From assembly GCF_032116555.1 (NCBI RefSeq), contig NZ_CP134950.1, forward strand, positions 1 through 64,000: 64,000 nucleotides of DNA. The letters run 5' to 3'. The number at the start of each line of letters is the position of its first letter. Positions within the stretch are counted from its first letter, which is position 1. The notes beneath the pieces were generated by a model that was not told where the DNA came from, did no database searches, and saw only the letters and a program-made list of their open reading frames with translations. Source of the DNA: Halorarum halobium (GTDB taxonomy: Archaea > Halobacteriota > Halobacteria > Halobacteriales > Haloferacaceae). Positions 9,567 through 19,469 of this stretch are shown here, piece after piece. A program made the position numbers and the translations under genes.

Positions 9567-10292
9567 ATGGAAATGACCACGGCGCCCACGGAGACGGTCG
9601 ATGGTAGCAAGACGCTCGTTCGAGGCAACGTTCTCGAGAAAACCTACGGGTCACGACTTCCGTTGGGACGGTCGACGCCCGTTCTCACCGGTGCGGATAT
9701 CGAGGTCCGTGCCGGCGAGATCGTCGGCATCGTCGGCGAGAATGGGTCGGGCAAGTCCACGCTGATGAAGATTCTCGTCGGGGTTCTCGACCACGACGCG
9801 GGCACGGTCGAACGGTATGGAACCGTCGGATGGTGTCCGCAGGAACCCCTGCTCTACGATCGGTTGACCGTCTCTGAAACCTTCCGGCTCTTCGGCGCCG
9901 GGTACGGGATGAGTCGCGAGGAGATCGACGCGGCGAAGCAAAGACTGGCGGACGAACTCGACTTCGAGCAGTACCTTGACTACCGGGTCGACCAGCTTAG
10001 CGGTGGGAACCGACAGAAGGTCAACCTCAGCATCGCGTTGATGCACGACCCGGACGTTCTCATGCTCGACGAACCCTACACCGGGTTCGACTGGGAGACT
10101 TACCTGCGATTCTGGGACATGGCACAGGACCTCGCGGACGACGGCACTGCCGTCGTCATGATCTCTCACCTCATCGAGGAACGGAGTCGCCTCGACCGCG
10201 TCTTCGAGGTGCGGAACGGACTGGTTCACGACGTGACCGACGACGAAACTGAGAGCGAACTCCGAAGCGACCGGGAGGGAGACGATGAATAG
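9567..10292 (+). CDS. ABC exporter ATP-binding protein
   Basis: GENGSGKST, LSGGN, LMLDEP, SH. Confidence 0.93.
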   Translation: MEMTTAPTETVDGSKTLVRGNVLEKTYGSRLPLGRSTPVLTGADIEVRAGEIVGIVGENGSGKSTLMKILVGVLDHDAGTVERYGTVGWCPQEPLLYDRLTVSETFRLFGAGYGMSREEIDAAKQRLADELDFEQYLDYRVDQLSGGNRQKVNLSIALMHDPDVLMLDEPYTGFDWETYLRFWDMAQDLADDGTAVVMISHLIEERSRLDRVFEVRNGLVHDVTDDETESELRSDREGDDE

Positions 10293-11022
10293 GTTCGCCG
10301 TGGGCATTCGATCAAACGTTAGGACGTTCCTCAGGACGCCCCTGAACGTGGTCCTCGCGCTGGTGCTGCCGCTCGTGGTCATCGAGGGGTGGGGACAGGC
10401 GATGGCGGGGCTACCGCCGATGCCGACCATCGAGGCGATTCCGCTCGATCTCGGGCGCGTCCTCGGCGCAATCTTCGGCGTCGCCATCATCGCTGGGCTG
10501 ATGGGTCTGGTCCAGATGATCAGTGCCCGGGAGGCCGACCGACGGCTCGTCCAGACCGGGTACTCGCCGAGGACGTTACTTGCGACGCGGCTGGCGACTC
10601 TCGCGGGTGTCACGATTGTCGTCGCGGGGGTGAACTTCGGGGTCCTCTGGCTGACCGTCGAACCCGAGGCACCGCTGCTCGTGTTCGCGTTCCTCGCGCT
10701 CGCGGGCGTCGTCTACGCCTTCCTCGGTGCGCTCGTCGGCGCAGTGCTTCCGCGGCTGTTCGAGGGGTCGCTCGTCGTCGTGTTCCTCGCGATGATGGAC
10801 GCGTTCCTCAGTGGCGACAGCCCGCTCGCCGCGGATGTCCCCGACTTCGTCCAGTACTTCCCGCTGTATCATCCGAAAGAACTTCTCCAGTCGGCCGTCT
10901 TCGACGGCACGTTCGCGGCGGGCGACCTCGCCTTCGTTGGCGGATACGTTCTCGTGTTGCTCGTCCTCGTGACTGCCGTATTCGGTGCGACGATGCGCAC
11001 GTCTGGGGGGTGGTCAGCGTGA
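10285..11022 (+). CDS. ABC-2 type permease
   Basis: About 6 TM, overlaps ATPase gene. Confidence 0.85.
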   Translation: MNRFAVGIRSNVRTFLRTPLNVVLALVLPLVVIEGWGQAMAGLPPMPTIEAIPLDLGRVLGAIFGVAIIAGLMGLVQMISAREADRRLVQTGYSPRTLLATRLATLAGVTIVVAGVNFGVLWLTVEPEAPLLVFAFLALAGVVYAFLGALVGAVLPRLFEGSLVVVFLAMMDAFLSGDSPLAADVPDFVQYFPLYHPKELLQSAVFDGTFAAGDLAFVGGYVLVLLVLVTAVFGATMRTSGGWSA

Positions 11023-11771
11023 ATCGAACGGCCACGGCGTTCGGTATCGGGCTCCGGGAACACGCCCGTAACTACGTCCTCGTGGCGCTCCTGGTGATTC
11101 TCCCAGTGTCGTTCATCACGCTCGCCTTTGCGGTCACCCAGGACGTCCAAATGCCGGTCCGGACGCTCGTCGACGGCGAGACGACGACCGTGATGCGAGG
11201 GATGCCCGAGGTCCATGGCGTGATCATGACACCGATCACGAGCTCGTTTATCGCTGGCTTGGCCGGCCTGTTCCTGATGCGCGAGGCGAGAGATACGGAC
11301 GGCCGCCTCGCGGTCGTCGGCTATCGCGCCCGCGAGGTTATCGCCGCACGGTTCGGCGTCCTCGCCGTGATCACGCTTGTCGTTGTCGGCGTTTCCGTGG
11401 GCGTGATGCTCGTTGACTTCCAGCCCGAACAGCTGTGGTGGTTCGTCGCCGCGATGGTCATCCTTTCAGTTACCTACGGACTTATTGGGATGCTCGTCGG
11501 CGCCGTCTTCAACCGTCTGGCCGGCCTGTGGATCATGTTGATCCTCCCGATGATCGACATCGGTCTCTTCCAGGACCCGCTGTTCGTCCAGTCGGAACCC
11601 GAGTGGTGGATGAAACTCTTCCCAGGGTATCATCCTGTCCGGGTGATGGTCGATACCGGACTCACGACGGACCTCGATACTGCTATGTCGCTCGGTTGGG
11701 GATTCGGCTACCTCCTCGTCGTCGGACTCCTCGCTATTTGGGTGTACTACCGAGGAACTCGAGCGACGTGA
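11019..11771 (+). CDS. ABC-2 type permease (second subunit)
   Basis: GTG start overlapping upstream stop; about 6 TM, similar to preceding permease. Confidence 0.85.
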   Translation: MNRTATAFGIGLREHARNYVLVALLVILPVSFITLAFAVTQDVQMPVRTLVDGETTTVMRGMPEVHGVIMTPITSSFIAGLAGLFLMREARDTDGRLAVVGYRAREVIAARFGVLAVITLVVVGVSVGVMLVDFQPEQLWWFVAAMVILSVTYGLIGMLVGAVFNRLAGLWIMLILPMIDIGLFQDPLFVQSEPEWWMKLFPGYHPVRVMVDTGLTTDLDTAMSLGWGFGYLLVVGLLAIWVYYRGTRAT

Positions 11772-11849
11772 CGACGCAATCGAAAGAGGGCAACCTCCGC
11801 AGACGGACGAATTTACAGACGTCTCCCCGAAGGGGTTTGTTGACTCACC

Positions 11850-12602
11850 TCACAGGGAACGGTCGTCTTGCCTGTCCTCCAACCGTTCACGACGCTGCTG
11901 GAACTCTTCTTCGTCGATCTCACCTCGTGCGTAACGGCGTTGGAGGGTTTCCATCGCAGACGTATCACTCCGGGAAGGAGCGTCACCTCGACCCAGTGCC
12001 CAGTAGAGGAGTCCACCGATCAGTCCCAGCATTCCGAGTGCCCCGCCGACGAACGGGACGCCGCCCCATCCGCCCCTCGAGCCACCCATCATGCCCCCTC
12101 CGCCGGGCCCCATCATGCCGCTATCGGTGCTCCCGCTTCCGTCGACGTCCGAGCCGATGGCCACGGCGCCGTTCTGAACAATCGTCTCGCTGTCGGGGAC
12201 CTCGCCGTCCGGTATCGGGCTGTCTTCAGCTGGACCGCCAGGGCTACCAACGACGATGCGACCGACCATGCCGACCGTCTTGTGCGGGATGCAGTAGTAG
12301 TCGTACGTGCCTGGCTCTTCGAACGTGTGCTCGAAGCTCCCCTGCGAGATGGTCCCGCTGTCGAATGCGCTGGCGTCGGATGGAATCCGGTCCTCGTAGG
12401 CGGTCGCCGAGTGGGCTCCGGCCGCTAGCTCGAAGCGAACGGTCGTGCCGGGTTCGACGTGGAGTCCGATCGGGTCGAAGTAGTTGTTGCCCATCTTCAC
12501 GACGGGCGTCTCCTGTGCGGCGACTGGTTGGGTGAATCCCGCACTCGCGACTGTGCCAGCACCGAGCGCTCCCAGGAACTGGCGTCTACTGTAGTCTGTC
12601 AT
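11850..12602 (-). CDS. Halocyanin/plastocyanin-family protein fused to Met-rich linker, TM and SHOCT
   Basis: SRRQFL Tat signal; HSAT and YYCIPHKTVGM ligands; GMMGPGGGGMMG; LQRRYARGEIDEEEF. Confidence 0.9.
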   Translation of the reverse strand: MTDYSRRQFLGALGAGTVASAGFTQPVAAQETPVVKMGNNYFDPIGLHVEPGTTVRFELAAGAHSATAYEDRIPSDASAFDSGTISQGSFEHTFEEPGTYDYYCIPHKTVGMVGRIVVGSPGGPAEDSPIPDGEVPDSETIVQNGAVAIGSDVDGSGSTDSGMMGPGGGGMMGGSRGGWGGVPFVGGALGMLGLIGGLLYWALGRGDAPSRSDTSAMETLQRRYARGEIDEEEFQQRRERLEDRQDDRSL

Positions 12603-12621
12603 TGTAGCTGGTTGGCTTCTG

Positions 12622-12930
12622 TTATCCACGGATGATGCTGGCGAGCCGGTTCGCGAGTCCGGGCGATTGCTGGCCGGCGCTCTCGATGGCAGCCTCCAAT
12701 TCGTCCCGGTCGACGATGCCGATGAACTCGGCCGTCTGTTCCCCGTTCGCATACACGAGCGTCGTTGGCGTCTTTCGGACACCGTACTCTTCGGCCGTCT
12801 CCAGATCGGTCTGAATGTCGACCTCCCGGAACTTGACACCCGGATACGCATCTTCGAGGCCCTCGTTTTTCTCTCGTTGCGTTGCGCACGCTCCACAGGT
12901 CTCCTGCGTGAACAGGATAACTTCCGTCAT
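12622..12930 (-). CDS. Thioredoxin-fold protein
   Basis: TCGAC, YGVRKTPTTLVY. Confidence 0.85.
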   Translation of the reverse strand: MTEVILFTQETCGACATQREKNEGLEDAYPGVKFREVDIQTDLETAEEYGVRKTPTTLVYANGEQTAEFIGIVDRDELEAAIESAGQQSPGLANRLASIIRG

Positions 12931-13053
12931 AGTAGCTAGTATGGTCTTGTGCCTTTAGCACATTTCTATTTACATCCGAAAGCTGTGAGGGTCACAGATT
13001 CCGGATTCCAAGGGGGCGGACGTGAGTAACGCCGGAGGTTGGTGGTCGGACCG

Positions 13054-13407
13054 TCACTCCGAGCGTTCGAGCTTGTTCCGACGCGCCTCGAACTCTTCCT
13101 CGGTGAGATCTCCGCGGGCGTATGCCATACGCAGCTCCTCCATTGCGGGATTCCGCGACGACTGCGATGCCGTCACGCGACGGAAGACGAGATATCCGCC
13201 ACCAAGCAGGAGGAGGAGGAAGACCAGCTGGACGAGCATCCCGACGAGTGGCCACCAGCCACTGGTCGTCCCGTATCCACCCATCATTCCACCGTATCCC
13301 ATCATCCCGCCGAATCCCATCCCCATCGTGAGCAAGGGGAGGACAATGATCGCCCCGAGGATGAGGAGGACGATGGTTGTGGTGTCGAGTTGGTTTGATG
13401 ATGTCAT
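13054..13407 (-). CDS. Met/Gly-rich SHOCT-domain protein
   Basis: GGMMGYGGMMGG; MEELRMAYARGDLTEEEF. Confidence 0.88.
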   Translation of the reverse strand: MTSSNQLDTTTIVLLILGAIIVLPLLTMGMGFGGMMGYGGMMGGYGTTSGWWPLVGMLVQLVFLLLLLGGGYLVFRRVTASQSSRNPAMEELRMAYARGDLTEEEFEARRNKLERSE

Positions 13408-13410
13408 GGT

Positions 13411-13827
13411 TCAGATTTCCGTCGATGATTCGAGTTCGTCCGCGACACTGACGAGAACGCGTTCGAACCGGTCGTGGACCTCGTTCGCGATCGAGTCGAG
13501 TGCCTCGTTGTCGGCGATGCCGACGAGCTGTTGTGGGTCGACGGCACTCACCATGACCTCGCCGTCGTCGGTTTCGTAGACGATGACGTTACACGGGAGG
13601 AGTGCGCCGAGTTCGATCTCTTCGTTCAGGCCCTCGTGTGCCAGCCCCGGGTTGCACGCACCGAGGATGCGGTACTGTCGAAACTCCTCGCCGAGTTTCT
13701 CCTCGAGCGTCGCTTGGACGTCGATGTCACAGAGGACGCCGAATCCTTCGTCTTTGAGCGCCGCAATCGTCGTGTCGACGACGTCGTCGAACTCACCGGT
13801 GACTGAAGTCTGTATTGTGTATTCCAT
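13411..13827 (-). CDS. DUF302-family protein
   Basis: GFGVLCDIDVQATL, YRILGACNP, LLPCNVIVYE. Confidence 0.88.
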   Translation of the reverse strand: MEYTIQTSVTGEFDDVVDTTIAALKDEGFGVLCDIDVQATLEEKLGEEFRQYRILGACNPGLAHEGLNEEIELGALLPCNVIVYETDDGEVMVSAVDPQQLVGIADNEALDSIANEVHDRFERVLVSVADELESSTEI

Positions 13828-13922
13828 GAAGTATCATACCCCGTCTACGGGGTTAACGGTTGGGTGCCGCAACGGCGAGCGTTGGAAGTGTGGTGCACCG
13901 GTTGGAACAGCAGCGGTTCCGG

Positions 13923-14276
13923 TCATCCGGTACGTTCGAGCTGTTTTCGCTGTCGATCGAATTCGTCGTCCGAGAGCTCCCCGCGGGCGTAGCGCTCACG
14001 GAGTACCGACAGCGACTGCTCTTCGGTCCCACCGGATCCTCGGTTGAGGAGCGCATAGACGAGGTAGAGCGGGACGGCGATGAGGAGCCCCATCCAGAGG
14101 AGACCCCAGAGCCCCATCGCTCCGCCGAAGAGGCCCCAGTCACCCCCCATCATGCCGCCGCCGTAGCTCCCGCCGCCGTGGGCAGCAGCTGTTCCAGTCG
14201 CTGCGACCAGCAGTGGGACGGCGAGTAGCGCGAATCGACGAGCAGTGCGTCCGATGTGTGTAGTGAGTTGCGTCAT
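13923..14276 (-). CDS. Met/Gly-rich SHOCT-domain protein with signal peptide
   Basis: AAAHGGGSYGGGMMGG; LRERYARGELSDDEF. Confidence 0.88.
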   Translation of the reverse strand: MTQLTTHIGRTARRFALLAVPLLVAATGTAAAHGGGSYGGGMMGGDWGLFGGAMGLWGLLWMGLLIAVPLYLVYALLNRGSGGTEEQSLSVLRERYARGELSDDEFDRQRKQLERTG

Positions 14277-14333
14277 TATCTTGCGTTGGTGAATCGTGGT
14301 ATTCGGTCGAAGCGATCGAAACGGTCAGGGCCG

Positions 14334-14630
14334 TCAGCAGTGGCCCTGTCCGTACATCCCGCCGTTGTAGTCGTCGTCAGCCATGTCCTGGGCCATCTCG
14401 TCGACGGTCACACCCATGTGCGACTCCATCCACTCGACGCTACCCGGGCCCATGTGCTCAGTCATCTGCGCCTCCATCCAGGCCGCCCAGTCATCGGCGG
14501 TAGCATTGTCAGTGGGTGCACCGTCTGTGGTCGTGTCGGTGCCGTGTGCGCTGACCACGGGAGCGGCGAACGCGAGTCCGACGATCGCGAGCGCCACGAG
14601 CAGCCAGCCGCCGAGTTTGAAGTTGGTCAT
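14334..14630 (-). CDS. Secreted Met/His-rich small protein
   Basis: Signal peptide, then WMEAQMTEHMG..WMESHMG, ends GHC. Confidence 0.8.
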   Translation of the reverse strand: MTNFKLGGWLLVALAIVGLAFAAPVVSAHGTDTTTDGAPTDNATADDWAAWMEAQMTEHMGPGSVEWMESHMGVTVDEMAQDMADDDYNGGMYGQGHC

Positions 14631-14955
14631 TGTCTTTCTCCTCGGTTAGTCGTAGAACCGCTCGGGAGTTATCTACGTGGGTGTGAATTCGCGTAGGAGA
14701 ACGTTCGAGAACGTGTATAGGGCGTTCTAATCGTTTTTCAGGATGTGGAACGTTCATCCCCATCGAATTCACCGGACCTGGGCGGCCGCCTCGAATGTCT
14801 CCAGTTCGCGGCGGGGCCGACTCTGACGGTGGGGCTTGCTTTGGAATGTTAACCACAACTCCCGAAAGTATTCCTCCCCTATCAGTGCCTGTACCGGGCC
14901 ATCGATTGGCTGACGGGAGTATCCTGCTCCGTACCGCGCACCACTTCCAGTGACC

Positions 14956-15699
14956 ATGCCACTCAACGGACTCCTCACACAAATCGAACACGCGCTCGCA
15001 CCGGTTCGTCACGTCATGAAACCGATTTTGTCGGACCCGCTCGTGATGGGTGTCTGGGCACTGTTCGTCGTCGCGTCCGTGGGCACCCTCTGGTGGGACA
15101 TCCGCGAGCGGAATCAGGCGCTGCCATCGCTGATGAAAGGCGTCTGGACGCTGGTCGTCCTCTACTCCGGACCGTTCGGCCTGGCCATCTACTGGTACTC
15201 CGGCCGCAGCCAGATCAGCAACGACTCGCTGTGGCGGCGTGGCTTCCGCTCGACCGCTCATTGCTATTCGGGATGTGGTGCCGGTGAAGTTCTCGGGTTC
15301 GCGCTCCTCGCGGGCCTGCTCGCACTCCAGAGTACCCTCCTCGTCGCTGCAGGAACGTTCGCGCTCGCGTACCTGTTCGGCTACGCCCTGACAGTCGGCC
15401 CACTGATGCAGGAGGGCGTCGGCTTCGGCGAGGCGATGCTCGACGCCCTCTACAGCGAAACGCCGAGCATCACCATCATGGAAATCGCTGCTATCGGGAC
15501 GGACCTGCTGATCGCCAGTCAGGCCCATATCTCTGATCTCCTGTTCTGGGGAGCGCTGGCGTTTTCGCTATCAGTCGGGTTCGTCTTTGCGTACCCGGTC
15601 AACGCCATCCTCGTCTACTTCGGCGTGAAGGAGGGCATGAAGAACCCCGCCGAGATGGGGCAGAGCCAATCGCGCGGACAGGCACAGGCCGCCGATTAG
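14956..15699 (+). CDS. DUF4396-family membrane protein
   Basis: STAHCYSGCGAGE, ETPSITIMEI, FAYPVN. Confidence 0.82.
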   Translation: MPLNGLLTQIEHALAPVRHVMKPILSDPLVMGVWALFVVASVGTLWWDIRERNQALPSLMKGVWTLVVLYSGPFGLAIYWYSGRSQISNDSLWRRGFRSTAHCYSGCGAGEVLGFALLAGLLALQSTLLVAAGTFALAYLFGYALTVGPLMQEGVGFGEAMLDALYSETPSITIMEIAAIGTDLLIASQAHISDLLFWGALAFSLSVGFVFAYPVNAILVYFGVKEGMKNPAEMGQSQSRGQAQAAD

Positions 15700-15748
15700 C
15701 TCCCTAACCCAGTCTTCGAGACAGGAAAGAGATCGACTTGGCTAGTGA

Positions 15749-15910
15749 TTATCGAGCGAGGCGGCTTCTGAGAGTCGTCAGCAATCCGGATTGATTTCTC
15801 GTCGTCTGTTCCGCAGCGCGCGACTCGGATTTGTCAGTCTCCTCCGCGTCCTCGTCGAGCCTCGCCGCTTCGTAGTCCGCAATCATATGAGCGACGTGGC
15901 GGTTACACAT
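15749..15910 (-). CDS. 53-aa hypothetical micro-protein
   Basis: Hand-translated MCNRHVAHMIADYEAARLDEDAEETDK...LRSRLAR; acidic, fills an intergenic gap. Confidence 0.55.
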   Translation of the reverse strand: MCNRHVAHMIADYEAARLDEDAEETDKSESRAAEQTTRNQSGLLTTLRSRLAR

Positions 15911-15963
15911 GTGAGAGGATACGACGTCCAGCTACAAAACTGTTCGACAGGTGCTAGCAGATG

Positions 15964-16566
15964 CTAGCTCTGCGTCTGCTTCAAGTCGTCACTCGGATAA
16001 ATCCGGTATGTCCGCCCCTGACGTTCGCGGTATAGCAGGCCACGCTTCTCGAGTGCGCTGACCGTCTGGCTCACCTTGCTCTTCGAGAAATCCGACCGAT
16101 CCCGGAGTTCGATTTGCGTGATGCCCGGCGAGGAGAGAACCGGTTCGAGGATGCGGCGTTCGTCGTCCGGCAACAGGTCCAGTACGCGGGCCCGAGGCTG
16201 AGTTTCTGGATTGATGCCGTTACCTGGTTGAGCGGTCTGGGTCGACGGTTCGGATTCGAATTCAGAGCGTTCCTGGTCGATTTGATCCGAGACATCGCTC
16301 CCTTGTCGATCGACCGCCTCCGTGCTGGTGACGTCGTCGCGAACCATCAGATATCCCCCGCCGATGACGACCGAGACGAGGATGGTTCCGAGGACGTACC
16401 AGAGCGGATTCGTGCCGTGAACTGCTCCCATCGAGGTTCCCATCATCGACCCCATCTGCTCGAACGCTTGCTGTTGCTGGTACGCTTGCCAGCTGAGTAC
16501 ACCGCCGATGATGAGGACAGCAGCGACCAGGCCACCGACTACCGTATCGGCTCGCCGTCGATTCAT
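15964..16566 (-). CDS. Membrane-anchored MarR-like winged-helix regulator
   Basis: 2 TM with MGSMMGTSMGAVH loop; LPDDERRIL..GITQIEL..FSKSKVSQTVSALEKRGL. Confidence 0.85.
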   Translation of the reverse strand: MNRRRADTVVGGLVAAVLIIGGVLSWQAYQQQQAFEQMGSMMGTSMGAVHGTNPLWYVLGTILVSVVIGGGYLMVRDDVTSTEAVDRQGSDVSDQIDQERSEFESEPSTQTAQPGNGINPETQPRARVLDLLPDDERRILEPVLSSPGITQIELRDRSDFSKSKVSQTVSALEKRGLLYRERQGRTYRIYPSDDLKQTQS

Positions 16567-16927
16567 CCATCCCGCCTCGGTGTGTCGTGGCATCCGTTCA
16601 TGAGTGACAGTTGGCGAGACATTGCTGTAGCAGTTGTGATTGGTCTTGGCGGACTTATTGAGAGGCACTTTTCAACTGGCACAGATAATTATCTTACAAG
16701 TCGGTTTCGTAGTGACACTGGTTGTCGCGGCCGGTATGCTTCCCGTACTGTACACGCTTCGGTGGGCCGTAGTTCGTCCCTGTTCCTTATGTGTACAGGG
16801 ATGACAGAGCTATCAACTGGCGGATAGCGACCGGACGTGAGGCATCCACGGTGACCTGCCAATACTAAGATATTTCCCGGTATGAATCGTACCGGCTAGT
16901 ATGGGAACTAGGCCCACGGACCTCCGG

Positions 16928-17401
16928 ATGGATATCGGGCGAATCGCAGATGAGTCGGTTGCCCGTGTCGCCCCCGATGCCACGGTCGCCGAGATCGCGC
17001 ACACGATGATCTCCCAATCGCGGTGTGCGAGGTATGTAGTGGTGGAAGAGGCCGATCAGCTCGCCGGGATCATCACTGACCGGGACCTGATCGCCGACCT
17101 ACTCACCGAGGAGAGTGAGTTCAGTGTGCTCGCTGCCGAGACGAGCGGAGACAACATACGAGCTAATGACATAATGACGCGTGACCCTCTCACCGTATCA
17201 GCAGATGCTGAGATCCCAAAAGTGCTCAGACAAATGAACGATGCTGGTGCTCGACACGTTCCGGTCATTGAAGACGAGAGCGTCGTCGGCATGATCACCT
17301 TGGATGATCTAATTACGCACGTCGCAGGCGAGAGCGCACATGTTTCAGCACAGATGGATAACGTAGCGGGTATCATCCGCACGGAGTCCACGCACGATTG
17401 A
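16928..17401 (+). CDS. CBS-domain pair protein
   Basis: GIITDRDL, DIMT, RHVPVI, GMITLDDL. Confidence 0.88.
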   Translation: MDIGRIADESVARVAPDATVAEIAHTMISQSRCARYVVVEEADQLAGIITDRDLIADLLTEESEFSVLAAETSGDNIRANDIMTRDPLTVSADAEIPKVLRQMNDAGARHVPVIEDESVVGMITLDDLITHVAGESAHVSAQMDNVAGIIRTESTHD

Positions 17402-17427
17402 AACACACATTTGGTGTCTCAGAGCGC

Positions 17428-18831
17428 CTAGTGATGCTCATGGCTCTGGGAACCTCCAGATCCTGAGACTTGCGGGTGCTGATGTGCAAATTCGGATGGG
17501 TGCTTCTCGAATGATCGCTTGCAGGCGTTCGAGCAGAAGTAGTACGTCTCACCGTCGTGGGTGAGACTCGGCCCGCTGTCGTCGGTTCGCATCCCACAGA
17601 CGGGGTCGCGGTACGGACCGGGCGCGCCGAGGCCTCTCCGGTAGACGTAGAGGAGAAATCCTGTGAGTGCAAACGCGATGATGTTGAGGTAGAAGGTGTA
17701 GTTGAATTCGAAGTACGTCTGTTCGGATGCCGTCTGCCCGCCGGCCAGATCCGGAACGATACCCAGCGCGTCGAACAGTTCTTCCATAAGAAAGCCCGTG
17801 AAGGCCATGGTCACGAAGAAGATGCCGAGGATGTACAGCATCACTTTCCAGCCGTAGTACTTCCGGTAGACGTTCAGGACGGGGACGGTGATGAGGTCGG
17901 CATAGACGAACGCGATGACGCCCGCGAAGCTGATTCCGCCGCCCCAGAGGGCGACGGCGAACGGGACGTTACCCATGCTGCCGACGAAGCTGATGACGGC
18001 GATGGTGACACCCATAATCGCGTTCTCGGCGCTCACGAGCAGCCCGTCGCCCTGGATGAACAGGGTGTTCCAGACCCACTGGGGGACGAACACGATGACG
18101 AATCCCGAGATGAGAAAACCCGCGATGACATCTTTCCAGATCATCGACCATTCTTTGCGGTACTGGTTCCCGATCTTGTACCAGCCACCCCACGAAAGGA
18201 GTTCGTCGCGCCACCCGCCGCTGCTAGCGGCCTCCTGTTGATAAGTCTCCATGCATCCTTCCGAACAGAACTTCAACGTCTCGCCGCCATCGGTCGTGAT
18301 CGAGTACTCGTCTTTGCCCTCCATTCCACACGTCGGATCCTCGGTGACGCCATGTTCCTGATCGTGCCGGTTCAGTTCCTGTCGAACCTCCTCAAAGAGA
18401 TTCTCCGGGAGGGTCAGATGGACGAGGAGTGCCATGACGGCGATGAGGATGACGCCTCCGAGGAGTTCTGCAACCAGAAACTCCCAGCCAAGCAGGATGA
18501 GGATCATCAGCCCGAGCTCGACGATGAGGTTCGTCGAGGCGAACATGAATGCGAGGAAATTCACCGTGTGCGCTCCCTTCTTGAACAGCCCCTTCCCGAT
18601 GGCGACCGCACCGAAGCTACACCCACTGCTCGCAGCGCCGAACACTGTTGCCTTCGTGAGACCACTCAGGTTTCCCTCTCCGAGCACCTGTGCCATTCGC
18701 TCTTTGGAGACGTAGACCTGGACGAGACTCGTGATGACGAGCCCCATGATGATGGCCCAAGCTGCTGTCCAGAGGAAGCCGACGCCGATCCGTAGCGACT
18801 CGAGAATTCCGTCGACGAGGGCGGCTTGCAT
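17428..18831 (-). CDS. DUF318/ArsP-like permease with two YHS/TRASH domains
   Basis: SSGCSFGA, ASTNLIVE, DPTCGM..FCSEGC, DPVCGM..YYFCSNAC. Confidence 0.88.
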   Translation of the reverse strand: MQAALVDGILESLRIGVGFLWTAAWAIIMGLVITSLVQVYVSKERMAQVLGEGNLSGLTKATVFGAASSGCSFGAVAIGKGLFKKGAHTVNFLAFMFASTNLIVELGLMILILLGWEFLVAELLGGVILIAVMALLVHLTLPENLFEEVRQELNRHDQEHGVTEDPTCGMEGKDEYSITTDGGETLKFCSEGCMETYQQEAASSGGWRDELLSWGGWYKIGNQYRKEWSMIWKDVIAGFLISGFVIVFVPQWVWNTLFIQGDGLLVSAENAIMGVTIAVISFVGSMGNVPFAVALWGGGISFAGVIAFVYADLITVPVLNVYRKYYGWKVMLYILGIFFVTMAFTGFLMEELFDALGIVPDLAGGQTASEQTYFEFNYTFYLNIIAFALTGFLLYVYRRGLGAPGPYRDPVCGMRTDDSGPSLTHDGETYYFCSNACKRSFEKHPSEFAHQHPQVSGSGGSQSHEHH

Positions 18832-18901
18832 ATATAGACTATCACAGCCATCTACTTTGTTAATTGCGCTTAGGAAACGGTGGTGTTTCGACGGAGTAAT
18901 T

Positions 18902-18914
18902 CTTGGATTCAAAA
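18902..18914. promoter_or_regulatory. Candidate CopR-type operator
   Basis: CTTGGATTCAAAA, matching semi-palindromes upstream of copA and copZ. Confidence 0.4.
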
Positions 18915-19153
18915 GTACCTATGGCTATTAGCTGTGGTCAACCCCGCGAGAACTGCGTTCGCGCTCAATAGTGGCTGCGCGTCACTGATTCGGTTCGCTG
19001 GCTGTTGTTCGTTCTTTTGACATAGAAGTCTAACCAAGATGAGCGTTGTACTGCTGTTTCTCCCACCATATTCCCGTGCCATGTCTCCAGAGTGACTCTC
19101 CCTTTCGAATTGTAAGAGAAACCCGATTGAATGAGGGGAGCGTATCTCTAGTT

Positions 19154-19453
19154 ATGAGCACGACGACCACTCATCAGGACACGTACGATCCGGAATCCAC
19201 GACCAGTGTGATGCGCCTCAATGCGCTGGCCCTGGCGGGCGCAGCAGCAGTCGTCTCTGCCATCGTGATGCTCCTCCTCGGTGTCTTCGGAGCGATCGGC
19301 GTCTACGAGGGAGCTGTCGAGGCGATGGAGCAGTGGCACCTGTTCTTCGAGCCGACCGTCGTCGGAACGGTAGCTGGCATGGTCGAAGCAGCGGTGATCA
19401 GCTTCGCCCTTGCGTATGCTCTCGCCTGGCTGTACAATACCCTCGCACGGTAA
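19154..19453 (+). CDS. Small 2-TM membrane protein
   Basis: Two hydrophobic segments around MEQWHLFF. Confidence 0.7.
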   Translation: MSTTTTHQDTYDPESTTSVMRLNALALAGAAAVVSAIVMLLLGVFGAIGVYEGAVEAMEQWHLFFEPTVVGTVAGMVEAAVISFALAYALAWLYNTLAR

Positions 19454-19469
19454 CTCGGAGAATCAAACC

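Noticed and set aside
8843..11771. Cys-rich peptides plus ABC exporter as a halocin/RiPP cluster
   Set aside because: No leader peptide, modifying enzyme or protease; Cys spacing fits metal fingers
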